Below, one piece after another: positions 1 through 13,800 of a stretch of DNA of 64,000 bases. A program made the position numbers and the translations under genes. A model generated the notes under the pieces. The model worked only from the letters and a program-made list of their open reading frames with translations, made no database searches and was not told the DNA's origin. The stretch spans positions 11,346,001-11,410,000 of the forward strand of contig CM106585.1 of the NCBI GenBank assembly GCA_048013815.1, given 5' to 3'. Numbering within the stretch: position 1 is the stretch's first letter; every line of letters begins with the position of its first letter. The DNA comes from Setoptus koraiensis (Eukaryota; Animalia; Arthropoda).

Positions 1-1126
1 GATTCGAAGTATCTATTTGGTCTTGATCACGAGTTATTGCGTGTTTGTGTGTGTTGCGCTAATGATGATTGCAGTGCCATTGTGCACCTTTTGCACCTTC
101 GTAAATCATTGGCCACCAAACGAGCAACAAACAGTGAAATAGATAAAAAACAGACAGCAAAGGGCAACCTTGACCAGACAATTCTGGCTACGGCTTGCCA
201 GCAAATCGCATCTCGCTCTTATGAACACCAGCTCGTTAGCTGGTTGATTAGTGGCAAAAGATTAATGACACCTATAAATTTAGTTGCACGCGAAGTGTCA
301 ATGAGTGAGCCAGAGAGAGGCCACTTGTCGAATGAATCTCGCCCGCAAAGCAATCGTGAAATCGACAAACAAACAGATAGACTCATCGGCCATCGATCGG
401 TTGACGTATTTTGAGTGAGTCAGCCTTCAACGCGGTCCTCTCTTTGTATGGATATGGGCAATATCTGTTGTTGTGACGGCATATTGTCGTGCTAAATTAC
501 AGATTGTCTTAAATCTTTATTTTTTTTTTTTTTGCAGTACAATGTCGCACTCTCACTCTCAGTATTACTGACAGCGAGAGTCAGTATCAATATTTTGAAT
601 CTTGTCACTGTGAAGGAATAGCGTCACAGAGCGAAAATCTGAATGAAATCTGTGTATTGTTCGGCAACTTGTACGACAATTTCGGAAGGGATTATAGCTG
701 CTGCTTGCTGTTGGCAACTCCGACAGAATCGCTCACTATTTCAGCAAGTATTGCCCAGGTATGGATAGTGTGAACTTGAAAACAACAATGGCTCTTTCTT
801 GCCTTTAACTTCCTCAATCGTTCTCATCTGAAATTTTGTGGAAAACTTGAAGTCCTCGTTTCCTTGAAACGAGCACCTATATATGAATATGGCGATATCT
901 CAATATCGTCGACAGTTCATTTATCGATTAGCACCAATTGACTCCGTTGGACTAAGTGGTTTCGAATTCGAATTGCCAGCAAGTTTAAAATTGCAAGTTC
1001 TGTTGCTGCACTTACTAACGTTACCTGATAATTTAATTGGCTCTATTATCTCGCGTTCATATCTCATGTGATAGAAATTGCGATTAGAGCAACCCCCACA
1101 GACAGTACACAAATATTGATAAAATC

Positions 1127-2073
1127 ATGAATTTAGGTGAGTAATAATGACAATGCGAAACGTTTGTCTTTCTCTCTCTCTCTATCTCGAGATAATTGGC
1201 GACACGACTAAACGCTCACTATCCTCACGCTCATGATATGCGGCAACTTATTGTTGGTTAAAACGTCCAATTTGAACAATATTGGCAGATCTTTGTCTTT
1301 TGGTTGCCCTACTGGCACTGCTACACAACAGCTTCTCAGTGGGCGCCGAACGACAAGACAATGAATCTGATCGAGAGCGATCCCTACCCGCCAACATAGA
1401 GGAGGGTTTCACCTGTCATTTGAGAACAATCGATTTGTGTTATGCTGGCTTGCTGGCCTCAATGCAGAAACCTCTGCCAACAAGTGACGAAGAGATCGAG
1501 ATTAAATGCGAAGAGGTGCAAGCTGCCCTGGATTGCATAACAACTTATAATTCGCGCTGTGCGACATTGCAAATATTTGGCGGTGCCATGTCGCCGGTGG
1601 ACATTTACGAAGACGCACCGAAGGGCTTCAAATTTTGTGGCAACAGCACAGATCCAGAATCAAAATTATTGCGAAAGAAAGTCAAAGAATTGGCACCTTG
1701 TGTCAACGAACGAATGAACATGCTGAAAAAATGCTTTGCTGATTTCCAAACGGCAGTGGTGATATTTCACGAACCACCAAAACCGTTGCCCACAAAACCG
1801 CTCTGCTGTAGCCTGGACAGATTTCGCATTTGCTCCCAGGATGTGTTAGATGGGGCCTGTGGTTTTGGCTCGTTTAAGGAACTTGAGGCCACCATGATGA
1901 ACTCAATGCCGCGAGTTTTTGACACCGTCTGTCGTCAGGCTAAATACAAGACTAAGTTTTGCAATGACATTCTACCGCCGCCGGGCACACCAACACCCGT
2001 TAAGCGAGGTAAGAATGCGTCGAAAATAGGAAAGATACTAGGCTGGTTTTCAATGAACGCAGGCTCCCAATAA
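1127..2073 (+). CDS. Secreted cysteine-rich protein (264 aa; chelicerate-type family, possibly DUF19-like); exons 1127-1136 and 1289-2073
   Basis: The ORF-track start at 1282 is TTG. An ATG AAT TTA G|GTGAGT donor at 1127-1142 and a ttggcag| acceptor at 1288 join in frame to give MNLDLCLLVALLALLHNSFSVGA, a signal peptide. About 14 Cys including a CC pair, ending in PPPGTP. AATAAA near 2130. Confidence 0.8.
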
Positions 2074-3748
2074 ACAAAAGGATCACTCTGTCTAATTATT
2101 ATTGTTACGATCTAATGATGTTGTCAACGAATAAAAGTAGATTGATTCGTCAACGCACATTCTGCAATAACATCCTGCTCTGTGTCTAGCTCCATCTAGC
2201 AAGAGCGATCATTTAGCAATGTTTGACTCGTGATATGATAATTAGTAATGCAAAGACTAAAACTGATCTTTGTCGGAACAGACAACTCGTGTCTCAAAGC
2301 TGAAATCTCAAAGCCTTCCTTTTGTCGCTGGCATTAAGATCATCTTCTTCAACAATCTTCAACAATCTGAATAACCAAAACCTGATATCGTTCATAATCT
2401 CTAATGTCCGGGTACCGAGCAAAGAACGGCATCCGATTGAAAAATAAAAGATTTATTCGGTTACTCTTATTAAGATTCAGCGCACACAAATTATGTTTGG
2501 TGGTGCCAAACAATACAAACAAGCCAGATATACAAGATAGCGAGATATTCAATATCATCCACTAGCCAATCATATCCGACAGACAAAGAGATTACAAACG
2601 AAAGAGAGTCTAGGATAGAAGCTATAATACTGGTTGTTGGAGTAGTTGTAGTTCACTACGGTAACAATCGTGCAGTAGGCATTCTTTTTTGAATCAGTAG
2701 TCTGCCCAAATAGTAGTCAGTCAGGTAGGACAGGTACAAGTTGGGGTGCAGCTAACAAAGTGCTTGCTGGCCAGACAATTATCATCTCTCTTTCATTATT
2801 ATTTGTCTGACTGCTCAAACTGTTTCTTCTCATGTAACCTTGCCTGTTAACTGTAACTGCCTACACAATAGGACGTACAATTAACAACAACAACAGCAAC
2901 TAAATTTAATTTAATTCTGCCACTCAATTAAATTGAAAAATCACCAAATCTACTCTTGCGGTTGTTCTATTTTAGGCTGCGATCTCGACGAATGCGAAAC
3001 GTTCCTTCAAAACGCCATGAGCGTCCATTCGCCAGGTGACAATCGTCACCCAGGTCCCATTTCCAAATAGAAAAACTCTAGTCTTATATAAGTTAAATTA
3101 CTGACATTGTTGCCTGAGAAGCAGAAATGCAGAATGCGAAACTAACATCAATCTATGAACAAATTTTTGCTAAATAAATTTTTAGTTTAGTGATTTTCCG
3201 TTGCACTCGAATTATCGATAAACTCAAACGGCGCATTCACCTTGATCTAATACTGAGAAGTAATTAAAAATCTTTCTATAATTTATTGGGAGGATTCCAC
3301 ATGAATAGTGGGATTGGCTCAGATTTAACATAAATTGCATCATATTCCATAAATTTATGTGACGCAAAGAACACAAAATGATTGCAACTTCCCAGATGCA
3401 GAAATCACTAGCGAAATCATAGTTTTTCTCATGATTGGTTGGCATAGAATTTCATTGGTTAAAGTGATCTACTGCTTTAGGTTGATAAAATCAATTTTGA
3501 TAAATAAAGCTAGCGTCATTCAATCGATCGTTTGCATAGGGAATAGTTTCAACTATAATCTTGAGTGACTCCACATTTTTTTAGTTAACAAGTGTTAATA
3601 GTATTATTGTTGATGTAAAATTATATACATTTTGTCTAATATTTCATAAAATTACTCTAATCATCTCAATTTGGCATAGACTGTGTCAAATTATTTACAC
3701 ATATGTACACTTTCTTTTTCATATATTACATCCGGGCACATGATTTCA

Positions 3749-6243
3749 TCAGTGCTTATATGTCGGGTTCTTAAATGTAGATGTGGCTTGTTTGAAGATT
3801 GGATTTTCACCCTGGTTATTTGATTGATTAGGCATGATTGGAAGGAATAAAGTTTCATTAGCATTATGTATTACAAAACAGATTATGATGAGAGATTGTC
3901 AAGTGTTTCAACCCGATTACTTACGGTATCCCATTTGGCAGTTAACCTTTCTTGTTCAAATTTGGCAATCTCACGTCGATCGTGATACATTGTGAAGCAC
4001 TTCCATAATAAAAGGCCGAGAAGTCCCAACAAGAGTATCAAAAGTGCCAATATAAGCATAATTAGGAATATGGGTATAGGCGTTGGACAATCCTTCTCTT
4101 CGAGAGCATAAATTTGTGTGATGGGAGTATCGGAAGCTGGTTCAAGTGTTCGATATGTGAATTGATATTTGCAGTCGTCGTCATCAATAAATACACACAA
4201 AGTATCTAGATCGGTCACTTCTAATCTTGTGACATTATCAATATGAAAAGTACTGTTAACACAATGAACGCAATCCTCGGGTTTAATGGGGCCAGTTCCA
4301 AATGTCCTACAACGGACACAGTCCTTATATTGATCACATAATGTGGGACACGTAGGACATTCTTCGCAAAATTGTCCAGTATATTGGCGCTCTTCTGTCT
4401 GGTTACATCTACATTGACCACAAATACATTCACCATTTCCGGCACAGATTTTACCTGATTTTGGATCTCTGCATGTTGCGTCAGATTTGAGACACTCGCA
4501 AGCCTGGCCAGTCCAATCCTTTGTACATTGGCATACTCCACATTCGCAAGTTCCGTGATCTGGACCCGAACAGATCTTGTTGTCATGATGGAAACAACTG
4601 AAATTGTCACATTCACAATGTTTGCCATAAATTCTACTATCGGGGTCATTCTTCTTTTGTTGGCAATCACAAACTCCACACATGCAAACACCGCGACCAG
4701 AACACACTCTAGTGTCGTTACCGTGAACACATCCAAGCAAATCTTTGGTAGGATCACTCTCTTTTGCGTCACATTCACACAAGTGACCATAACGGGACGG
4801 TTCACAAGCGCAAATACCACAAGAATATGTACCGTGATTGGAACATTTGGGGCTCTGTTCAACACCCTGTTTATCACATTCACACTCGCACAAGATCTCT
4901 AAATCTATGATGAGGGCTTCATTCAATCCGACTGGATATATTTGAATAGTTTGAAACAGGTCACTGTTGCGTTTGGGACATGATTTAACCTCTATGTCTA
5001 TGTCAAATGAGACAGTTGTTCCAACTTTGAGTCCGTTGCATGAGTTAGTTTCGCGACGTTTCTCATTGACACAATGCGAATGATAGGTTAGCTGCACATT
5101 ACTAGTTGCGTTATCTTTGAGCTCAACACCTGAGGTAATTTCATGATATTGCTGTTCTATTAGCTGAACAATATTAGATGAGTCATTGTCTAGTCTACCG
5201 GCCGAGGAACCCTCTATGAGCGGAGTGAGTTTTTTGTAAATGTGATGCTGGTTAGCCGTAGAGGCAAAAATGATGTTCACATGGTGCTCTTGAGCTTTTT
5301 GATTAATCTGACTAATAGATGGATAATCCTGTTCACTGCTCATGGTGTACATTCCATTTTGATCTAGGTGACATTTTCCATCATTTGGATCTACAACACC
5401 GCCCAATTTGCCATCGCCGGCAGTGTGAACGCTAGCATCGGTTGTGTATAATAGCATCTTTCTTGATTTTGTTCTCCAGTTAACCTCTTGTTGACACACA
5501 ATACATTGCATGACGGCGTCTAGGCCACCCTCTGGCGCGTCCAAATTACCAGAGATTTGACTGGCGCTAACCTCGCGAGTAAAGCCTGATGTGTCTGTGT
5601 TGAGTGGCATGTGATTTCTAAAGCCATATGGTGCGGCACAGTCTGGGCAGGGTGCCTTGAGTTTCTCTGGTACAGTGCTGACATAGGGCATTAGAACTTT
5701 GTCGACAAACGAACCAAATCCTAACCTAAAATTACTGGTTATACGTTGCATATTTGCCGCCAATTGATTACCTAATTCAGCCAATTTGGCCTTGTCGTCG
5801 GCCATAGATTTAGACAGGTCCATCAGATAGTACAGATCAACGGGATAATCAACAACTTGTTTATATTGTAGTGTTACGGTCTTTGGCGAGTGTGGTGGCA
5901 GCTTTAGAGAGATCCTTTGCGGTTTCAATTGAATAACGTCCTCTTCGCTATCCGTTTTGTTGCTCAGCTCCGAGTCTATGAGGGTTGACATTTCTGGAAG
6001 TGGCCGAACAATGTCGGCCTCGTTACATTTGCCGGCTTTTAGATTGACCACGCTATCACATCTTGATTTGCTTCCATCGCCAAAGTTGTCCTGTTTGCAC
6101 CAGGCACATTCTGGCCCGGTGATAATACAATTGCGACACGATGTCTTGGATGTGCAATCGTTGGCTGTGACTTGATTAAAAGAGTATTGCAAGCATAACA
6201 CAATTGATAATAACAACAGTAATATTATTGACGGGCGTCGCAT
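3749..6243 (-). CDS. mys: Integrin beta subunit (betaPS/myospheroid-like, 793 aa); exons 6243-3925 and 3811-3749
   Basis: Signal peptide, PSI domain (CRNCIITGPECAWC), vWA MIDAS DLSKS, GNLDAPEGG, four Cys-rich I-EGF repeats and a TM helix. KWDT|GTAAGT donor and ccag| acceptor add the tail GENPIFKQATSTFKNPTYKH*. Confidence 0.95.
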
Positions 6244-6689
6244 GTTGTTGTTGTTGCTGTTGTCGTCTCTCTGTTATGTATATTGCCAAACAACAATTGT
6301 GTTACTAAAATAATAATAAAAAAAAATGTGATAATAATGATTGAATAAAAATGATGCGAGATGCTGGCGAGTATGTTCTGCAGTGTGGGTGCAAATAACT
6401 AATAATTAATAATAATCGATCACAGTGTTGCAGCTACAACATTTGTCATAATGATTTGCCTCGGCTCTGTCCGACTGTTGCTGTGTGCTGGCTTCTGTGT
6501 GCTTGAGTATATTAGGTAACAAGTGTATAAAATATTCAACTACTACAGTGTCGATCGGATATTATCGGCGATAAAGTTGGTGGCAAGTTTGTTGTAATTG
6601 TTGTAGTTTCACCTGCTGCTTTTACTTTTGCTGTTGCTGCTACAATTCACAATTTTTACTGGTATTACTACTGGCCGTCTGGCAGACTG

Positions 6690-9600
6690 GCTGGCTGGCT
6701 GTGTGTGTGTGTGAGTGAGTGAGTGTGTGTGCGTTCGTGCAAACAAAACTATGGGGCTCACGTAAATAAATATATTGATTTGTGCCTCAAACACTCATGG
6801 TCAGTTTGTGTTGTGACTTTGATAATTATATTCACTGGATGATGGTGCAATGAGAAAAAGAATTAATCATTTTGGTTGCATAATATCGGAGATAAGGTAA
6901 TTTTAAAACACAGATGGTGCATTGTAAAAGTGCAACAAAATGTGATGCTGCCGCTGCTGCTGCTGCTGTTGGTGCTTGCGCTGTGCGCACACATTGGAAC
7001 AAAAACATGGGATAGAGAGCGAATGAGAGAGCGAGAGAGAAATAGAAGCCAGTTAGTGGCATCAGTAATAATAATAAACAAACCGCAACAAAATCTCAAG
7101 GAATTCGCGATAAGTCGACTAGAGCACACGGTTGTTTTGTTCCGCCTTCTGTTGCGAGCGGCAACACTGCAAGGAGGCCAGCTCTCGTTTGTGTGTGTGT
7201 TGCTCTAGTGTAATTTTCAGTCATTTCTCCTTATAGGAGGCAATGTTTCCAAGAAATGCAACATGCGACTAGCGCTCCATTACAAGGAAAAGCATCATGA
7301 TGAATAAGTAAATGAGTTGCAATTGGACTTGATCCAAGTCGTTGATCTTACAAATTCGGTTGGCCCAATAGTTCATGGACCCAAATCCGAAGCGCTGGCT
7401 CCCCGCGTATGCCGCGGATATACGGAACGCCAGTGTACTGCTATGGGTAGTTAGCAGCACAATTAGTCAGAGCAGCTAGCACAACAGCGACAAGTGCATC
7501 AGTGAGTAAGCTGCGACTTGAGTTGTTGTTTGTTGTTGTGCACAAACACACACACACACACTCTTCCACTATCCATATATGGAGGATTGGCGCAAACACA
7601 CACACTCACACACAAACAGATGCTCATGGCGACGCTCATGGGCACAGGCGCACATGTTCCTATTCGATCGAATGGCAGTTGTTTATTAATTTTTAATTGG
7701 CCTGCGTCCTGCATCGCACTCGCTCTGCGCAACCGGTCCCCAACCTGTGCCGCTCAAACTGCGCCCCAGACTGCTAGGCGACGGCAGCGAACGAGCGAAC
7801 GAACGCAGAACGAACGAACGAGCGACGAACGAACGAGCGACGAACGACGAACAAGCGATAAACATCGAACGAACGACGAACACCGAACGACCAACGAACC
7901 GCTGTGCGAATTCGAAGAAACCAAAGGCAACAAGCAGGCTGTACATTGTTCATTTATTTCTCATTTCGTGATATTGTGCGTGGGTGAAACCATATATGGG
8001 CTACGGTACATGACCCGAAAGTCCACGGCTCAACTCGGCTCATGAGTTAAGTTGGCCAGCGCTGGCATCGGCAAGCCATACGTACAAGTGCGCCAAGGCA
8101 ATTGGGTGTGACAAAGCTCCGCTTCGCCATGCCAGCGGTAACAGTTTGCACAACGCAGCAGATGTAATTCATATGACTATGTGTTGTTTGATGTAACACA
8201 AACACAGTTAGTCTGTGTGCGTTCGCGTCTTTAAAAATCGAAATCTCTCAATGTGTGAGCACCGCTCGCAGGTCCATCAAGACCGGTGTGTGTGTGTGTG
8301 CGTTGACGAACGCAAACGCCATCTGATTCATATTAATCTCTAGCTCTCCTCATCGTTGCCATCATATTCCATTCTTTGCGTCTCGCCACTATCTGTCAGC
8401 CGTTTGATTGGTCCCTCCCAATGGCAGACCCACACACACACACACACACACAGAGTGTGTTAATAGAGCGAGCGTTCACACGAAGAGAGCACACTGCCGG
8501 CCGACTGCTGCTGGTAACTGCGCCTTAATCTATATGGTCGCTATCCCCTGAAAGTGTTATATTAGTTTTTCATGTTATGTAACGCATTGAAACAATACAT
8601 TAGTGCCATTTTGTGATGATAACCTTGTCTGTGTGTGTGCGTGTGTGCCAGCGTTAGACAGTGTGATAGACAGTCCATGTTGGTAAGCTCACAAAGAACC
8701 AGCATGTGCGAGTGTGTGTGTGTGCGGCGCTAGCTCGGCGACGGTGTCGGCATCGTGCGGCGCCTCTTGCAATCAGCGTGGAACCAGCTCCAATGTTTAT
8801 ACACATTATGAGTTTGCGCGCTGACTAGGCGCTTCGTTGGCATTATTATTAAGTAATTTCGGTTAACTATTATGTGCAGCACGTACGTAGAGCGCTCGAT
8901 GCGCACGCGCACTTGTCAACCCAAAGTAAGAGCTGCATACAGCGGCTCGGGTTGAGGGGGGGGGGCCACCATTGCTAATGAGAACTGTGAACAAGTGATT
9001 GGACAATCGAGCTGTGTGCGTGCCACAATATCGCCACCACCAGCCATTGCTGCTGCTGCTGCTGCTGCTATAATGTGCACGATCAACATTATTGTTCGGT
9101 TAGAGTCTACGCGTTTCGTGGCCGTCACCACCGACGACTGCCCAAGTGTGTATACACAGTTCCTCTGGGGGGAAACCAAGCGGGTGCGCGCGCGCGCCTG
9201 CATGACACACACACACGTCCAAAATGGCCCCAGAGAGCCAGAGAGCATAGACTCTATGCCATAGAGGGTACAGTAGTGGTGCAGCACAGTAGTAGCCTGA
9301 ATGCAATAGAATGAATTAGATGTAGAACGAACGTAACAGTAGCCCGAGCGCCACACACAATGGCGTGTGTGTGTGTGTGCGTGTGCTTGTAGTGTGCACA
9401 AAAGCGTGTTGTGGAAATAGCTGTAGTAACCATTGGGATCTTTCAAGTTGCGCTCAATTTCGCGCTAGTTTGTGTGATCTATCTATTGCAATATGTATAA
9501 GTGTTTGGAGCAGCAGTCCTCTGAGGGCTGGCTGCCAGGCTGGCATGTTGAGATTCCATCACTTCCAGCACACACACACACAGGCAGACAGGCAACAACA

Positions 9601-9943
9601 CGCAGCACGCAACACGCAGATACGCACACACACACATACACGCGCGCGGCGCGTTTGGGAATTCGATTCGTTAAGACGAATTGGATGGACTGCTTCTTTA
9701 GATCCTCTGGAGCCTATGCAGCCACAGCAGCAATAATAGCGCGCAAATGGCTCTAGCGGTAGTAGTAGTGGCATAGCGTAGGCACCAAACAGCCCGACAA
9801 TAAATAGAATTAACTCAGTCACACAGACACATAGGCGCACACACACACTCACACATAGGGGAAAGATCGGGGCAAAATATATTCAGACATCGTCTTAGTT
9901 ATGACCGAATAATACAAATTTTGGCCGCTTCTATCCTGCACAC

Positions 9944-9985
<42 letters not shown>

Positions 9986-10240
9986 ACTCACAGGAAATAC
10001 ACAAAATCGAACAACTGATTCGTTTGTGGCCGAATCGTCGAACTATCGAGCCGGATTAATTACCAATCACTCTCTGGCCAGCGACAATTTAGTGTCACAC
10101 AGACACAAATTGCAAATATTTTAACGGCAACATTTTTACATGGTTGTTACATCAAATAGTTTTATTATCGCATTGGATTGAGCCCCAACACGCGCTAGGA
10201 ACCACCTTACACAGAAACACTCGCTCACGCACGCACACAT
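6690..10240. repeat. Dense cluster of (CA)n/(TG)n microsatellites and CAG/GCT runs in a long non-coding interval
   Basis: Visible CA/TG tracts near 6700, 7545, 7595, 8286, 8430, 8630, 8712, 9200, 9365, 9570, 9625, 9840 and 9939-9982 (the longest). The low-complexity HTHT/CVCV ORFs in the track are by-products of these tracts. Confidence 0.9.
7788..7899 (+). repeat. Degenerate (GAAC/GAGC/GAC)n short tandem repeat
   Basis: Direct read: cgaacgagcgaacgaacgcagaacgaacgaacgagcgacgaacgaacgagcgacgaacgacgaac... Confidence 0.85.
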
Positions 10241-10873
10241 ATTAAATTTGCATCTAGTCATCGTCGTCGGCCCCCCAAATTCGAACAACAACAATGTGAT
10301 AAACAAAGCAATAATATATCGGCACAATTATTACTAACATCATAATTAGAATACATTACAATGTTGCAATTATATAATAATTTATTACATTAATTTATCG
10401 ATGCCCCCTCCCACCGAATGCACACCTACGCACGCACAATAACCTAGATGCACACCAGCGAAACGGGTGAATGAGGCCGGGACTAACCAAAGTTGAAGCT
10501 TATCTGTCAATCTCTTCCGACCTGTGTATGCATTATCGTCGCCTGGCACCTCAGAACGGCATATACGCAACATTGGGCAATATACGCAATTCTTGTTATG
10601 GAACAATATTCATAAAGTATTTAATCAAATCTAACTGACCCATCATTATCTAATAAGTGACCGCGGTATACACGCAAATTATTTCTCACATACTATTATT
10701 ATTATTATTATTTATATCTAAAAATCTACCATCTACTATTGGCTGACCGGATGCAGCGACGCCGCTATCATCACTAGATGTCTCCGCTTATGCTTGTTAT
10801 ACATGTTATTAATTAATGCCCAATGAATTGAACTGAATCAACTGTATTGAGCTAATTACCAAATATCAACAAA

Positions 10874-13800
10874 ATGACTAAACGACGAAAGATGTTCGAC
10901 GAACAAAATGAGGACAACGACTATGTCCCATTGCCTTTACAAATTTTTCTATGGCGACAAGCGAACCCATTTGTCAAATATTTGGGCAAGGCGCGCGGCA
11001 CCGCCGTCTTGGAGCAACAAGAAGCTTGCAAATCCTACGAGAAGGTCATTGTACAAAATATACTATTTGGCCAGTCGCCCAGTCTCACTGATGCCATTAA
11101 AAGTATTGATAGGTGGCGACTAATTAAAATATCATTCCCATTTGTTTTGCAATGCTGCTCGGCGCTATTGTGCAATAGGCGCAATGTTAACTTTGATAAA
11201 TTGGGATCATGCGAAACAAAACTATTGTATACACTTCATTGGATCATTATGGATGCCGCTGAAGAGTGTGCAGATAGCGAGGGTGATTCGGCCAATGCAT
11301 CGGCAGTGGCCGCCGGAGTTGGTGTTCAAAGTATAGCAGATGCCGTGGCCGCCGTTACTGCAGCCTCTAATGCCAATAAGCGCCGCCTCAATCAAGTTGC
11401 TACCAAAGCTACTAAAGGCACCACAACACCTGGCTGTAAACCAAAACAAGCCGACTCGTATCTATTACCAATATCATCTTTGGCAACTTTTATCCACTAT
11501 TTTGCACCCATTATCGATGATCTCAAGCGATCGAATTTCTTATCTAGTTTTAGACTCGAGAATGGAGCGAAAATTTGGGAGCCTCTATTTGCACATCAGC
11601 ATCCGGATATTCCCTGTTTCACAGCACAAGTTAGACCGAAAGGTGAATTGCCAAAAGTGAGATTAATTCATGATCAACTGCTTACACAGCAACAACAGCA
11701 AAACAAACAATTGGGACACAATCACGTGTTTGGAGATGTATTTTTAGGTGTGTCAGCTTCTTCCAGAGAAAAATGTGATTATCAACGTGATATAAATATT
11801 GAATCAGGTTCTCCATTGACCAGAAAAGCCTCTGGCAGAGATAAAACATTGGCAACATATCTCGATATTGCAGTTTTAAAGTGTTTATTCAATAGTATGT
11901 GGCAGGAGCAAGGCGTCGATTGGGCCCTCAAATTTATTATCAATCGTTTGTTGGACCTCCAAGAGAATTTCAATCAGCCAATGATCTCTAGACCGAGAAG
12001 CAAGTCATTGCCTAACCTTTTTTATACACAAGACGAAGATGTTAAAGATGAAACTCAAAGCGAACAAATTGATTCACAGAGCGCCTCTTTAGATCAGCGA
12101 CAAAACGACGACAAGCCCTTAGATATAACCTACAACGATGCTTCCGAGCCTTCTAACGAACTTCTATCAACATCAAGTTACTTGAATGTAACTCAAACAC
12201 AGGATGTTTCAAATAATAATAATGAATTAGCAGCTAGTGGTCAAGATTTACTTCAAACACCAAAGAATTCTAGGAGATTATCATTTTCATCCGGAATAAA
12301 TACACTAGCTAATCAGATAAGAAAAACTTCAAAACGAATGAAAAAGTCTAATGAAATCATGCAAAATCAGAACAATAGTGACATCAAGACAGACAGGGCA
12401 ACACTTGTTTCGGGCCGTCAGCGCTTCCTTCTCGGCAGTTTCACAAGTGATGATTTCAACAACAAAAGAATTAAAAAAAGAGACGAACTGAAAGAATCTT
12501 TGGTGAACGATAAACCTTATGCGCGAAGACGATCATCCAGCATAGACGACCTCTCCTCAGGTCAGGTGATTATTCCTAGTGAAGATATAGACCACCATAA
12601 TGTTAGGCTAGTTAAATCAACAGAGGAACAAGTATCTGTAGTCTTGAAGTCTTCCGATGCGCCCAATCGGATAACACATCCCAAAATTACAGTAACAAAG
12701 CAAAAATTCCAAGATAGCATCAAAAAATCATCCGATCCTCTCAACGATATGCGAGAAGATTTTCTCAACGATCTTCCATATGTCGACGACAACGATGAGA
12801 ACTCTGATCTTCCATACGAGCTTAAAGTTTCACACATGACAAGAAGCCAAACTGTTCCCAGAAATATAAGCTATTTCAATATGCCCATCGCTGAATCGCC
12901 AGGCGCTAGCAATTACGTCAATCAGATGGGTCAGCTTGATTTGAACGTAATCTTAAAGGCACTTCATTCCATATCGATGAGAGAAAGTATTTGCTCTATA
13001 CAAGTTTGCGATGATTTACTTACCATATTAGTAAAACTTAACAACTTAGATATATTGAAGGATCATAACCACTCAAATAATCAGCAGCAGAGCTCGACGG
13101 TTAGAGATAAAGATGAGAAAGGGAACCCTCGGAACATTCTTCGTTGTAGAAATTCCACTTGTGAACAAAGTGCAGATAAATCTCCAGCTAGAGCCTCAAG
13201 CTTGTGCAACCATAATCTCTTCACCGATATCTTACTCAGGCTAAGTAGACATATGGGCTGTGCCAATGATTGCAGTACAGAAACTTTAGCTTCAATGACT
13301 GATAACAACAAAGACCATCAAAAAGTTCAAAATCTACGTGTTAGATTGCATTCCTTACTTAAACATATTAGTCGTCATAACAAAATAGAATTTATTGAAT
13401 TCATGCAAGATTTTGTCTGCAACAGACCACTCCAAGAAGTTATTGACACTTATCATAGTATATTTAGCTTTTGTAGAGAGCAGCATTGTGTTCCTCAATC
13501 AATGAATCTACCTGTGCCAGCTACTGTTCATTTTTTACCTACAAGTGCCTCAAACGCTGGCCTGATATCTCAGTTAGCACAACAGGGCCTTAATTCTACA
13601 GTATCATCAACATCCATCGCTGCATCCGCTACATCAGGTTCGTCTACAGCACATGGTGTCAAACACCAGCAAACATATCAGGCCAGAGATAGTGGTTCTA
13701 TTGGGTCGCCTAGATCAGACGCGTCGTCCATTCTTGGTCCAACAGGCCAGACGGACAAAGTTGGCCAACAATCTGGTGCGAATAAGCAATTTGGGGGATA

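Noticed and set aside
37-414. 125 aa plus-strand ORF and nearby splice signals (GTGAGT at 415, poly-T CAG at 537)
   Set aside because: Non-ATG start and no recognisable motif. More likely non-coding exons or UTR.
2349-3070. Short frames including KWDLGDD... (minus) and CDLDECETFLQ... (plus, after a good acceptor)
   Set aside because: The resemblance to an alternative integrin tail is superficial (no NPxY). I could not build a consistent exon chain.
4221-4902. Overlapping alternative-frame and antisense ORFs within integrin (and similar ones within unc-80, laminin and FARSB)
   Set aside because: These are shadow ORFs caused by the codon and Cys bias of the real gene.
7499-10327. Many 60-176 aa ORFs rich in HTHT/CVCV
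   Set aside because: These are translations of CA/TG microsatellites.
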